Notes under the pieces: model-generated | Told to the model about the DNA's origin: nothing | Seen by the model: only the letters and a program-made list of their open reading frames with translations | Databases searched by the model: none | Origin: Torpedo marmorata | Lineage: Eukaryota | Reading direction: 5' to 3' | Length of the DNA stretch: 64,000 bases | Assembly: GCA_977017645.1 (NCBI GenBank) | Contig: OZ360236.1 | Coordinates: forward strand, 64,666,001-64,730,000 | Translations under genes and position numbers: made by a program | In this document: one piece after another, positions 12,196 to 25,744 of the stretch | Numbering within the stretch: the stretch's first letter is position 1 | How the letters are laid out: each line of letters opens with the position of its first letter

Positions 12196-12562
12196 ACGAG
12201 TTAAATTCAAGATGTTACATCTATGCTATGGTTAAGACTGTCAATTGCTATCTATATAACCTTGCCCGTTAGAGCCCTCAACCCATCTGTTCCTGAGATC
12301 TTTGTCCATGCAGTTATTCCCTCCAGCCATGGCCAGACTGCTTTCTCTTCGTCTGAGGTCACTAAAAACTCTTCTATTCATGTCCTGGCATTTACTCGTC
12401 TTCATGACCTGAAATGCTCCCAGTTAAGTAATGTTAATTTTAAAATTCTCAACTTTAGTTTCAAAACCTTCCTGACAGAATGCTATTATCTAATATAAAT
12501 TAAACATAAGATTTATTTCACTTTCTCCAAATTATGTGATTAAAGAATCACATTAAAGAGTC

Positions 12563-15500
12563 AAAATGGCGCCGGTGGAAAACGGCGACTTTCTGCGGGT
12601 TTCAGAAACCACCGGAACAAAAACCCACAAAAACACACACTACAAGATCTATAAATACTTACCCCAGCAGCTGGTCTCACTACAATCGGCTGCAGGTGGT
12701 CTTTTTCTCAATGAACAACTGCTAGACACTATTTAACATCTCCAGATCTCCAGGGAAACAGCTGCTGCAGAAACAGAATGGCTGCAAGGCAGAGGCCTTA
12801 AAGGGACAGGCCACCACCGAGGTCGAGGTCGGAAATGTGGAGTGAGGGCCGGGATTCAAACAAGGCTGAAGTGCAGGGGTCTGAGACCTCCCCTACCGTC
12901 CATATTATTGACAAATGTCCAGTTACTGGAGAATAAAATCGACGACCTGAGGGAAAGGCTACTCAACCAGAAACAAGTAAGACAAATCTCAGTTGTTTGC
13001 TGCACCGAGACCTGGCTAACAGAGAACACACCAGACACCGCTATCCAACCAGACGGTTTCACTATCCATAGACTGGATCGGAACTCGGATTCTGGAAAAG
13101 GGAGAGGAGGCGGTGTGTGCTTTTTCGTTAATACAGGGTGGTGCACGAACATTGGAGTTATGTTGACCTCCTGCTCTACTGCCTTAGAGCAAATCTCGAT
13201 TAAATGCAGACCCTTCTATCTACCCCGTGAGTTCTCATCTGTGATTCTCACTGGAGTTTACATCCCTCCCAATGCCAATTACAAACAGGCACTCGCGGAG
13301 CTGCATGATGTGGTCAGTAAACAAGAGACGGCCCAGCCCGACGCACTACAAATCTTAGTCAGCGACTTTAACCAGGCCTGTGTCAAATTTATATAAATTA
13401 AATTATATACCTTTATTTCAGAAAATAAAGAAAGATTTGGAGAATTGGAAAGATTTACCTATAACTTTAATGGGAAGAGTGAATTGTATTAAAATGAATA
13501 TTTTTCCAAGAGTTCAATACCTTTTTCAATCTATTCCTTTTGAAATTCCTCAAAATTTTTAAAAAGATTTAAAAATTATTATTAGGAAATTTTTATGGAA
13601 GGGAAAATTAGCGAGAGTAAGTATGGATAAATTAACTTGGAATTATGAGATGGGTGGATTACAACTCCCCAATTTTCTATATTATTATAAGGCAGCTCAA
13701 TTAAAGTTTATTAATGAATTTTTTGATTTAACTAAATCTACTGCTTGGATTAATATAGAATTGAATAATATAGGGGAGAGATATAAAGAAGATATTATTT
13801 ATAAATGGAATTCTAAATTATTATTAGTTAAAAAGAAAAATTCACCGATTATTAAACATTTGTTGGAAATTTGGACACAGACAATGAGATAGGACGAAAA
13901 GGGTTATTATCTCCAAATACGCCATTGTATCAGAATTTACTAATACCTTTTTCTATTGATAATCAATTTTTAAAAATATGGTTTCAAAAAGGAATTAAGA
14001 AGATTAAAGATTGTTTTGAGGCTGGAAGATTTGTTACATTTTCCAGACTGAAAGAAAAATTTGGAATATTGGATAATACAATTTTAGCTTATTATCAGGT
14101 TAAAGGATTTTTAGTTGAGAAATTGAGGAATCAATTAATAGCTCCAAGACAGGATGGATTAGAATTATTAATTACTAATGGAAATGTTAATAAATTTATA
14201 ACACAAATGTATAAATTACTTCAGAGAAAAATGCCTAAGGTAGGATTTCATAAATCAAGATTAAGATGGGAATCAGATTTAAATATTAGTATAGATGAAA
14301 AACATTGGAAAGATTTATGTAAATTGAGTATGACTAAAATTATTAATGTTAGGTATCGATTAGTACAATATAATTTTTTCACCAATTATATTTAACACCT
14401 AAAAAATTAAAGAAATTTAATCCGGCATTATCAGATATGTGTTTTAGATGTAAGGATGAAATTGGTTCGTTTGTTCATTCAACATGGTTATGTTCTAAAA
14501 TTAAGGATTTTTGGTCTAAGGTTAAAGATTTTTTGGATAGAATTTTTAATATTACGGTTCCAATGGATCCTATGTTATTTTTATTTGGAGATATTAAAAA
14601 ATTTAGTATTAGAAATAGATTAAATATGTATCAAATAGAATTTTTGCGAATTGTTTTAGCGGTTTCAAAAAAATGTATTGCCATTACTTGGAAATCAGAT
14701 TTAGATTTGAATTTAGATAGATTGTATGCAGAATTACGTTCATGTATACCATTGGAAAAGATTACATATAATTTACGTAATAAATATCATTTCTTTTTAA
14801 AAATTTGGAGCCCATATATGAGAATTATGGGTATGAATTAATTCTCTAGAAGTCGGCTCCGCTGGCGAAATTAACCTCCAATATATAAATAGAATTAGCT
14901 TGTAATTTGTTTTCTCCTCACTTTAATTCTTCAATTCTTTATTATTCAACTTTTTTCTTTTTTTATATAATCTTTTTTTTTTTTTTTTTTAGAGTAGTGG
15001 TGGGGGGGTTGGGGAGGGGAGGGTGGGAGGGGGGGAGGAAATATATCACATGTACTTGGAATGATATATTATTTTTGATCTATGTATTTTGTGATTTTAA
15101 AAATTTAAATAAAATTATAAAAAAATAAATAAAAAAAACCAGGCCTGTGTCAAGAAACCCCTGCCTAACTACCACCAGCATGTTACCTACTGTACCAGAG
15201 GTCCCAGCACACTTGATTACTGCTACACCGAGATAAGGAAGGCCTACCGTGCTTTCCCGAGACCGCACTTTGGCAAATCTGATCACCTGGCTGTGCTCCT
15301 TCTGCCTTCATACAGACAGAGCCTAAAGAGAGAGGCTCCAGAAGTCAGGACAGCTTGGAAGTGGTCGCAGGAGGCTGAAGAATGGTTACAGGACTTCCTC
15401 GTGTCAGCGGATTGGGCGGTGTTCAAGAACTCTGCTGAGAATCTGAACGAGTACACCGAGGCTGTCACACACTTTATCAAAACAGCTGTGGATGAGTGTG

Positions 15501-17520
15501 TCCCCACCAAATCATTCAGGGTGTTCCCCAACCAGAAGCCCTGGATGAACAGTGAAATCCAGAACTTGCTGAGAGCCAGATCGTAGGCATTTAAGTCCGG
15601 AGATCCAGATCAGTACAGCAGGAGCAGGTATGACCTCCAGACGGCTATCTCCCAGGCGAAGTAGAGATTCCGGATGAAAATGGAAACAATAAGGAACACC
15701 CGACAGTTGTGGTAGGGTCTGAATGCCATAACCTGTTACAAAACCAAATCCAGTAAAGTAGCTGACGGCAAAGCTTCTCTTCCAGAGGAGCTCAATGCCT
15801 TCTATGGCCGATTTGACGACAGTAACAGTGAAGAACCACCCCTCCGCACCCCCACGTCCCCTGACAATCCCACCCTGTCCGTATCTGAGGATAAAGTGCG
15901 TGCTGCCTTCAGGAGAGTGAATCCGAGGAAAACATCCAGCCCGGATGGAGTACCTGGTCGAGTATTAAAGATCTGTGCTGATCAACTTACCAAGGTATTC
16001 ATGGATATCTTCAATATCTCACTCCAGCAGGGCATGGTACCCACCTGTTTCAAACAGGCATCAATCATACCAGTGCCCAAGAAGAGTGCAGTAACCTGCC
16101 TTAACGACTATCGGCCAGTAGCACTTACATCAACAGTGATGAAGTGTTTTGAAAGGCTGGTGATAAAGCATATCAGCTCCTGTCTGAGCGGTGACATTCC
16201 AGTTTACCTATCGCGGCAACAGGTCTACGGCGGATGCCATCTCGCTGGCTCTACACAAAGCCCTGGAACACCTGGACTGCAAAGATGCATACATCAGGAT
16301 GCTTTTTATCAACTACAGTTCGGCATTTAACACCATCATCCCCTCAAAACTGATCAGCAAACTCCAAGACCTGAGAGTTAACACCCCACTGCGTAATTGG
16401 ATCATGGATTTCCTCACCTCCAGACCACAATCAGTGAAGATTGGTAAGAACTTCTCCTCCACAATCTCCATCAGTACCGGAGCACCACAGGGTTGTGTTC
16501 TTAACCCCCTGCTCTACTCACTTTACACCTACGACTGTGTAGCTCGGTATGACAATAACACCATCTACAAATTTGCCGACGATACCACTGTAGAAGGTTG
16601 TATAAAGGAACGGGATGAATCAGCATACAGGATGGAGATTGAAAACCTGGCTGAATGGTGCACCAAAAACAACCTTGCACTCAATGTCACCAAAACTAAG
16701 GAGCTGATTGTTGACTTCAGGAAAGGAAAGCCAGAGTTATACAATCCAGTGATCATTGGGGGATCAGAGGTGGAGAGGGTGAGCAAATTTAGGTTCTTGG
16801 GAGTCACTATCTCGGAGGACTTTTCCTGGACCCAACACACCAATGGCATTGTGAAGAAAGCACGTCAGTGCCTCTACTTCCTCAGGAGTTTGCAGAGGTT
16901 TGGTATGACACCAGAAACCCTGACAAATTTCTACAGGTGTGTGGTGGAAAGTGTGCTGACCGGCTGCATCACGGTCTGGTATGGGAACACCAATACCCCT
17001 GAGCGTAAAGCTCTCCAAAAGGTAGTGGACACAGCCCAGGATATTACTGGCAAAACCCTCCCCACTATTGAGTACATCTACAGGGAACGCTGCCGTCGGA
17101 GGGCAGCAGCAATCAACAAAGACCCACACCACCCAGCGCACGCTCTGTTCTCGCTGCTGCCATCAGGAAAGAGGTATAGGTGCCACAAGACTCGCACCAC
17201 CAGGTTTAGGAATAGCTGCTACCCCTCTACCATCAGAATCCTTAACGACAAAATCAAATCAGAGACTCATTTAAGGACTCTTACTCGTGCACTTTATTGA
17301 TTTTTCTTTGCTCTCTCTGTATTGCACAGTCAGTTTCATTTTCATTTTCAGTTTCATTCGTTACCTGTTAGCAGTTCTTTTGATTGTTTACATGCTTAGG
17401 CTGTGTACAGTTTACTTTTTGCACTACCAATTAGTGGTAATTCTGCCACGTCTGCAGGAAAAAAAATCTCAGGGTTGTATGTGATGTCATGTATGTACTC
17501 TGACAATAAATCTGAAATCT
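12563..17520 (+). mobile_element. Near full-length Rex1/Babar LINE (APE endonuclease + RT), defective, split by an L1/Tx1 insertion
   Basis: 5' AAAATGGCG; APE motifs TETWL, GGGVC, VYIPP, SDFN, SDH; RT YRPVALTS, PQGCVL, YKFADD; TCTGAAATCT tail. Stops and frameshifts at about 15580-16200. Confidence 0.92.
13387..15136 (+). mobile_element. 5'-truncated L1/Tx1 LINE, same family as 4019-5855
   Basis: Near-identical ORF2 C-terminal peptides and A-tail. TSD AACCAGGCCTGTGTCAA at 13370-13386 and 15137-15153. Confidence 0.93.
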
Positions 17521-18356
17521 ATTCAAGACCAAAATATGTAACCTCATAAAAAGCACTACAAACCATACATTCTGGAGAGTGTCTTGCATCCCAGTTTATT
17601 TGCCCATGGAAGTGTCCTAAGGTGCACAGGTTTCCCAATAAAATTTGAATCAGTCCTTATTTCATCTCATGCTCTAAATCTCAAGACAGTTCCTCCAAAT
17701 CTGACCTTTTGAATTGTCCCACTGTTTATTGTTTAACCATTATTTGCCTTTATTTGTGTAAATGGAGGTAGCTGAGCTCAGAAATATGTGCACTAAATGC
17801 TGTATTTTGGATATTATCATGGTCAAAGTCAGCTTGAGCTTTGATACAAGCTCATAGGAAATATAAATTGGAGGTCAATTTTATCAAAGGCAGATCTGAT
17901 TGGAATGAAGGGTGTAAGATGGAGAGGATTTTTAATTGCACCAAGAGCCCTGAGGAATTGACATGGCCAGGATTGGGGTTTATTTCCAAATTACCGGTAA
18001 ATTGGGTGTCCTCTTCGCAGACTGTTTTTTGGTCCTGAAGGTAAGAAAGCTGTGCTAACAATTTTCTCCCAGTGGGGAAGTTAAGCCAGTGATGGAAGAA
18101 AGGAAAAGAGAGAACCAGGGTGCAGGGAGACACAGTTGCACTGTTGTGAGCTGAAAAAAGTTGTGTGAGACTGACAGCAGCATTCTCCTCCCTCACTGAA
18201 ATGATTAAAGAAGATAAACCTGCATTTCTGAGAGACCTACAGCTATTTCCGCATGCACTGTGACTTAATGAGTGCGAAAAATACACCAGGAATCTATATA
18301 AGTGACTGGAACTCAATGGACAGGGTTCATCTGAAACAGCTGTGTGCCTGGCATAT

Positions 18357-20415
18357 TCAGAATCAGAATCAGAACTTATTATCATGAACAAGTCATGAAA
18401 TTCGGTGTTTTGTGGCAGCATCATAGTGCAATTAACATTTATATTAACCATCTTACGACATTACTATAAAAAATTATAATTAATAGTGCACGAAAAGTAA
18501 GGCAGTGTCTTTGGTTCATTGATTATTCAGGAATCTGATGGCAGCGGGGAACAAGCTGTCCTTGTGCCATTGAGTGCTCGTCTTTAGGCTCCTGTACCTT
18601 TTTCCCAAAGGAAGCAGAGTGAAGAGGGCATGGCCTGGGTGATGGGGGTCTTTGAGGATGGAGGCTGCTTTTTTAAGACACCGCCTAATGTAGATGTCCT
18701 CGATGGAGTGAAGTCTGGTGCCTGTGATATCACAGGCAGAGTTAACAACCCTCTGGAGTTTACTCTTGTCCTGAGAGTTGGCACCTCCATACCAGGCAGT
18801 GATGCAGCCAGCCAGAATACTCTCCACGGTACACCTGTATAAGTTTACGAGAGTCTTCAGTGACATACCGAATCTCCGCAGACACCTCACAAAGTATAGC
18901 CGCTGACGAGCCTTCTTTGTGATTACATCAACGTGGATGCTCCAGGACAGATCCTCGGAGATGTTGACACCCAGGAATTTGAAGTTCTTGACCCTCTCCA
19001 CTACTGAGCCCTCGATGAGGACTGGGTCATGTTCCCCTGACTTCCTCCTGAAGTCCACAATCATCTCCTTGGTTTTGCTGATGTTGAGCTCAAGGTTATT
19101 GTCATTACACCATTCAACGAGCTGATCTATCTCCCTCCTGTACGCTTCCTCATTGCCGTTTGTGATTCTGCCGACAACTGTGGTGTCATCAGCAAACTTG
19201 TAGATGGCATTGGAATTGTGCCTGGCCACACAGTCATGGGTGTATAACGAGTAGAACAGTGGACTAAGCACACATCCTTGGGGTGCACCTGTGTTGATAA
19301 TCAGTGAGGAGGAGATGTTGTTTCTAATTCGTACTGACTGTGGTCTTCTGATGAAAAAATTCAGGATCCAGTTGCAGAGGGGGGTACAGAGGCCTAGAGT
19401 TTGTAGCTTCTTGACCAGCACTGAGGGAATAATGGTATTGAAGGCCGAGCTGCAGTCAATGAAGAGCAGCCGTATGTATGAATTGCTGTTTTCGAGGTGA
19501 TCCAGAGCTGAGTGGAGAGCCAGCGATATTGCATCTGCTGTGGAGCGATTGCGACGATAGGCGAATTGCAGTGGGACTAGATCTTTGCTTAGGTATGTGT
19601 TAATTCTGGCTATGACCAGCCTCTCAAAGCATTTCATCACAGTAGAAGTTAGTGCTACTGGGCAGTAGTCGTTGAGGCAGCCCACACTACTCTTCTTGGG
19701 TACCGGGATGATTGATGCCCATTTGAAGCAGGTGGGAACCTCTGACTGCCGCAATGAGAGGTTGAAAATGTCCGTGAACACTCCGGCTAGTTGGTTGCCG
19801 CAGATTTTCAGTACCCTGCCAGGTACGCCGTCAGGGCCTGACGCCTTGCGAGGGTTCACCCTCTTGATTGATGTTCTGACGTCGCCCTCAGAGACAGATA
19901 TCACAGGGTCCTCAGCCTTTTCAGGGATTCTAGTAGGCACTGTTTTGTTCTTCTTCTCAAAGCGGGCATAGAAGGTGTTCAGCTCATCGGGTAGTGAAGC
20001 ATCACAGCCGTCTATAGTGTTCGCCCTTGCTTTGTACGCTGTAATGGCCTGCACTCCCTGCCATAGCTGGTGTGTATATGTCTCTGTCGCTAGCTTCCTC
20101 CGGAATTGCCACTTTGCTTCAGAGATGGCCTTCCGCAGGTCGTGCCTGGACTTCTTGTAAAGATCCCGGTCCCCGGCCTTAAGCGCCCTTGTTCTCGTCC
20201 TCAGCAGGTTGCGAATTCTCTGATTCATCCAGGGCTTCTGGTTGGGGAACACCCGGTATTTGCACGTGGGCACACACTCATCCACGCAGGTCTTGATGAA
20301 GTCGGTGACACTGTTGCATATTCATTTAGGTCTATGGCTGAGTGCTTGAATATGTTCCAGTCCACCGATTCAAAGCAGTCCTGCAGACGCTCCTCCGCCC
20401 CCCTCGACCATACTT
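18357..20415 (-). mobile_element. 5'-truncated Rex1/Babar LINE
   Basis: Contains the 589-aa RT ORF and a (TTCTGA)n tail, seen as TCAGAATCAGAATCAGAA at about 18357. Confidence 0.92.
18516..20285 (-). CDS. Rex1-type reverse transcriptase ORF (no endonuclease)
   Basis: Uninterrupted 589 aa with SGPDGVPG, PQGCVLSP, YKFADD, FKFLGV. Confidence 0.8.
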   Translation of the reverse strand: MDECVPTCKYRVFPNQKPWMNQRIRNLLRTRTRALKAGDRDLYKKSRHDLRKAISEAKWQFRRKLATETYTHQLWQGVQAITAYKARANTIDGCDASLPDELNTFYARFEKKNKTVPTRIPEKAEDPVISVSEGDVRTSIKRVNPRKASGPDGVPGRVLKICGNQLAGVFTDIFNLSLRQSEVPTCFKWASIIPVPKKSSVGCLNDYCPVALTSTVMKCFERLVIARINTYLSKDLVPLQFAYRRNRSTADAISLALHSALDHLENSNSYIRLLFIDCSSAFNTIIPSVLVKKLQTLGLCTPLCNWILNFFIRRPQSVRIRNNISSSLIINTGAPQGCVLSPLFYSLYTHDCVARHNSNAIYKFADDTTVVGRITNGNEEAYRREIDQLVEWCNDNNLELNISKTKEMIVDFRRKSGEHDPVLIEGSVVERVKNFKFLGVNISEDLSWSIHVDVITKKARQRLYFVRCLRRFGMSLKTLVNLYRCTVESILAGCITAWYGGANSQDKSKLQRVVNSACDITGTRLHSIEDIYIRRCLKKAASILKDPHHPGHALFTLLPLGKRYRSLKTSTQWHKDSLFPAAIRFLNNQ

Positions 20416-22605
20416 CATCTTGGAGGTTACTAAGAAATGTGGGCCAAAAGGAATGGAACAGAATCTGGGCCAATTAAGAGCAGCATTGCACTTTTTGGCG
20501 CACCCAGAGAAGCAAGCTCATGCTCTTTCGAAGAAGAGTAAGGAGGCTCCCATACTGCTTTGTTTAGATTTTATCCCCCATCTAAATTAAGGAAAGTAGT
20601 TGATCTGGTCTTCTAATCTGGTGTGTGCCAAAATTGACAGTGTGTCAAGAGGTTGCAGCAACAGAACCGTGACTATATTTCAAAAACTAGTTCATTGCTC
20701 ATGATATACTAATAAACATTGTGAATTGTGCTTTATAAACAGATGCAGGTATTCAGGTACAGCAAGTACCTAGGAAAGCTAATAGAATGTTACTGCTTAT
20801 TGTGAGGGGAATTGAATACAAAGGTTGAACGTGGAGAGGCTGTTTCCTCTAGTGAATGAATTTAAGCAGAGGCATTTTTTCTCTCTCAGAAGATGGTGAA
20901 TACCCTGTATATGGAACTCGTAAAAGGGCAGTAAAAGCAGGGTTTCTGAATGTTATTAAGCCAGATGTAAATCATAAATAGCAGGGGAAAGGTGTGGGAT
21001 GAGGCTTCTCCTGATCCTGATTGAAATGTTTGTATGTTCATTTACATTTCTTCTTATTAAGCACTATAAAGAAACTTTCAATAAAACTAGTAAATCTGTA
21101 TTTGGGATAAGGGTGCAGGAGGCCAGTCATTGTGTCTGGAATATTGTTGTGACTGTCACTATTAGTGCACTATTGGCAACAAATCAATTTGATGCGCAAA
21201 GTCCATTGTCCATTATATCAGCTGTTATGGTTCTCTTCCTTTAAAGTTCTCTTCCCTTATAGTTATACGGAGGGTTCAAGGTTTCAGAGTCACTGAGGGG
21301 TTCTTTCACAAGGCTGTTGACTGTGTTGTTGTGAGCTGCAAGGCTACAAATATTTAGTGTTGATTTAGTTCAGCAGTGCTCTTTGTATTAAAGGCAGTGG
21401 GATTCTATTCAGCTTTGATTACGACTGGAAATCCCAAGGTGCACAAAAATACATCTGTGACGATAAAATAAGAAGTGAACCATATCAGATTCATTTCACT
21501 TTAATTTACCTCACATCCAGAAGTGATATTAAAATGCTGGAAGCTTCCATTTCAATGACAATTTCCTCTTTGCTTGTCCGTTTTCTTTTAAAATATTAAT
21601 ATTGCATTTGATCTACTTAAATTAAATGTAAATTATCAGCTCTTTGATGCCTCATAGTGAATTATTTGGAAGCTACTGATCTTTCAATTTTCATTGTGAA
21701 GCCAATCTAGTACGACATTTCCAAGATTGCATGACATTGATTCAGCGTTTTCCTCTAATACACAGCCTGCTTCACATCTTCTCCAGCCTATTGCTCGTTT
21801 GGTTGGTTGGATTTAGCATCACGCTTGTTTTGGAGTTAAGCTGCTCTCTGTTCTACCTCTGGATGGTTCAAGTATTTTCCCCCACCTCAAAATAATAAAC
21901 AGAAAGAATACTCATGCGGACCTTGCAGAGGGAGTGTCTTAACACTGAGAGCCTTAATGAGGCTTTACCCTTAATTGTCAAATATCTGGTGCCACCCTGG
22001 AGAAATCTTACAGGTCAACAAGTGTGAAGGTGGTGCTAGCCATGGCTACCATTATAAATAATTACAAGATGATGCTAACAAAAATAAATGATACTGAAAA
22101 AATTGTTTTTTTTGTTGTTGAATTTCACTTAATGATTTCTCTGTTCTCTTTGCCTAATTCTTCAGCTGGCACAGTTGGCTTTCTCATTTACCATTCATCA
22201 TCTATTTCTCATCATAAGGTGTCCCTTGGTGTCATTATCCAAAAATAAATTTATAACTCCTAACGCAACTCATTGCATTCCAAGTGTGCACTGAAAGTTT
22301 CTTGTGTACCTCACCATTATCTGCATCAAACCATCCACAATCTCTTATCCAAGTTGAATAATATCCCATTCTTCAAAGCTGAGGGGAATGTTACATTACG
22401 TTAACATGTCATGCATTAGCAGAATCTTCCTCACACTAAATATTGGGATGACTATATGTCTGTTCCCTATCCATGGACACCATCTCTCCTCTGGTTATTA
22501 CTGAGGCTGAATCAGACCATTACACACTTAAGCCCCATAGTCCAATTCACATGCTCCTATTCACCCATCATTCTGTCCTTTCTGAGATACAGAAGCAATG
22601 TTTAA

Positions 22606-23686
22606 CCCTTTGGACTCCGTGTCCCTGTTTTCAGGAACTAACAACAAGCGCATATACTCCGTGTCCCGGTTTTCAGTGTTATGGACCATGACTGACCATT
22701 TGGACTGCAGACGGTCAGCAGGAAGGATGAAGTCTTTTGGAGTACACACTGGGACCAGGTAGTGAAAGAGTTAACTTGCCCAGGACTGGGTGTGCTCACA
22801 GAGAGAGAGAGACACAGAGAGAGAGACAGGCTGTGGAAATATACTTTGTTGCATTTTTGCATAAGCAGGTGCAAAACTCTGCAAAAAAGCATTCAGTCTG
22901 GAGTTGCAAAAGGCTGGAGCAACACAGCAAAACCAGAGGCTTGTGCATTTCCAGCTAGAAAGGCTGTGGAGAAGAGCACATGGCCTCCTTTATCAGTAAA
23001 AGACTGAGATAAAGCAACTTTCGTGTAGAACAGGTGTGAGATCAGCGATACAGGCTGTGAGATCCAAGTATATGCCTCAATCAAAACTGATTTGGAATCG
23101 CAATCCTCGTGTACCTACCAAAAGGTAAAGTCATCAGGCAAGAAAAGCAGGCCAAGCATTCGTAAGCTTAAACAGTCATTGTCTCTCTCTCCAATGTTCA
23201 TTAAGAAGTCCTTCGTTCCAGCGCACAGAGCTGAATTTGGACCCTGAACATAGAGAGTGATTTTTGTGGACTGTATTTTTGGGACTGACTTATTTTTATG
23301 ACTGACCTGGGGGTTTTGCGGAAGGTTTTCCATTTTTACATGAGGGTTGGGCACAGACTGTAATGGTCTGGGCTTTATACACACACACACTCGCACTTTT
23401 TAGATAAGAATAGTGTTTATAGACGTTTATAGTGGGGTTAATTGTTGTGAACTTATATGTTTAATTGTCTTTAATAAATATAAATTTCAATTTTACCCCT
23501 TTTGCATTGCATCTTGTGTCATTGCTTGTTTGAGTAAATCGCATATACTCCGTGTCCCGGTTTTCCGGGACTGGTTTTATACACAACCACCAGCTGGTTG
23601 GTACTGGTGTTTGTATTGTAGTTTACCCATGGACTCAGTCCGGAATATATATAATGAAAGGTTAAAAATGGCCGGAGTCCAAAGGG
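22606..23686. mobile_element. piggyBac-like non-autonomous element containing a solo LTR
   Basis: 14-bp TIRs CCCTTTGGACTCCG / CGGAGTCCAAAGGG flanked by TTAA (22602-22605) and TTAT (23687-23690). Three internal ACTCCGTGTCCCNGTTTTC repeats. Confidence 0.8.
22677..23538 (+). repeat. Solo LTR related to the Gmr1-like element
   Basis: Starts TGTTATGGACC and is colinear with 6229-7113. The 3' terminus is degraded and no clean 4-bp TSD is seen. Confidence 0.9.
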
Positions 23687-24629
23687 TTATAATTCACATT
23701 TTTGTTGTCAAATCCACCAGAAATTTACCATCTCTATAAACAAACAATACAACCAATAAAACGAGCAATGTAAATGGATTCAGCCCGACAGCCTTCTGCA
23801 GCCCTGCAGTTCTGGACTCTTGTATATCCCCATTTACAATCATTCCACGGTTTGAAGTGTGTCTACACCTATCTGAGCCCTAAGCTCAGCAACTTCCCCC
23901 TGAAACTCGGTCACTCCAGACTCTATCCTCCATTAAGATGTTGTTTGATAATGCTCCTATGAAGTTCCTTGAAACATATGACTCTGATAAAGATGTGCGA
24001 TAAATGCAAATTGTTAATGCCAAATTATATATTTATAACATTTACAATATGCTCTATGCTTTCCATGACTTCATTTTTGCCCCCAACATAGCTCCTGTTT
24101 TACTTCTGTAATGATCCTTTCATCAATGAGCTGGCAATTATACTGCCTTTTGCTTGAAAAGATATGACCCATAGTTTTATGCACAATTCACATGTAAAAG
24201 GCATTAAATCCAGGATAGATCATACGAGCCATCATTTCCAGATGAAATTGTCTCCATGGAGAAAATAGACCAGGCACTTCTGTATGCAATTCATGTTAGT
24301 GCCTCTAACTTTGTTCTTAAAATTGTGGTGCAACTAATGTCATTCTTAATCATGTCCATTTCCTTCCTTTCCCACATAAACAGCATCTTTGTGTTTAATA
24401 TATTAGAGTGTGTTTTTTTTCCCACATTTATTTACTGAGGTACCCATTCCATGAGTTTGGTGACATGACTGACAGAATTCCACAACTGGAGACGTTGTTA
24501 TGGCAATGGCTGGCTGTGCAAGATGGGTAGGGAAGCTTGAGGCAGGAGACAACGATTGTCCATCTGCATTGCAATGGGTCAACAGAGTCTTCCTGAAACA
24601 TTGATTCTCTTTCTTTCTTGAAAGGTTAG

Positions 24630-25295
24630 TCCCTTCGAGTTACTGGGAGTCCACATATTGGGCCTCTCCTGGAACCAGCACCTTGAGGCAATTCTGAAGA
24701 AGGCACGCCAACACCTCTAATTTTTAAGAAAAATGAGGAGATTTTGTATGTCGTTGAATACTGCCTCAAATTTCCACAGGTGTATAGTACTGTGGAAAGT
24801 ATACTGACTGGTTGCATCATAGCTTGGTTTGGTAATTTGAGGGTTCAGGAATGCAGAAGGCTGCAGAAAGTAGAAAACATAGCCAAGTCTATCACAGACT
24901 CTGACCTCTCATCCATTGAAGACATTTATGTGAGGCACTGCCTCAAGAAGGTCTGGTCATAACCTCTTCTTGCTTCTACCTTCAAGAAGAAGGTACAGTA
25001 GCCTTAAGATCAGCACATCAAGAACGGAGGATTTTGAACCTCGCCATACTTCTCAAACTATAAGATACTCCTAAACCACAAAAATATCTTTTTGGATTAT
25101 TGAAACACCACTTTTTTTCTTGCACTATTGTAATTGTGAAAATTTGTTATCTAAGTCCGATATTTATTATTTCTTTCCATATGGTAATTTAATGTTTACT
25201 ATTTTTGGAGTTTTTTTTTACAAAGTATCTGTTTAGCTGCAGCAAGTAAGAATTTTGGGCACTTGTACATTATGCTTATGTGTATGAGAATGAAC
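24630..25295 (+). mobile_element. Old Rex1-like 3' fragment
   Basis: STVESILTGCIIAWFGN...RLQKV...SIEDIY. Confidence 0.7.
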
Positions 25296-25744
25296 TCATG
25301 AATATTATTATGTGCTGCCTAACCTTTTGTGCATTTCCAGCAGGTCATGTGGCTGGAAATATAATTGATATAAATAATACACCTTTTCTTTTTATCTTAT
25401 TATTGAAGTTACGTGTGTGGCTACAGGAGTCAATGGATTCCAATCACGAACACTTTCGTGAACCAAAGGCATTGTTATCTTAGGAGGCTCATTGGGAATA
25501 ACCTTTCCTTCCCTTCTTTCAGCAACCTGCCCTGCTCTGTATGACCTCTCCTCATTTTCCCACATAGGAAGTCCAGGCATGTATGGAAGCAGCATTCTTC
25601 GGTACAAGCCATGAATTACAAATACTCAGCAACGAGATCATTCATACTTCAATCAAGTCGAAGAACATTGCAAAAACACATGCAATGTGACTGGCAGCCA
25701 AAATAAATAATCCATCAATTAAGGTCTGCAAAAGTATAAGGCAC

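Noticed and set aside
18021-18040. Possible 20-nt micro-exon (CGCAG|...GAAG|GTAAGA)
   Set aside because: Splice-like motifs only, not frame-preserving, and no other support without RNA-seq.
25392-25607. 71-aa minus-strand ORF with protein-like composition
   Set aside because: Non-ATG start, an in-frame stop just upstream, no recognisable domain and no convincing splice sites.
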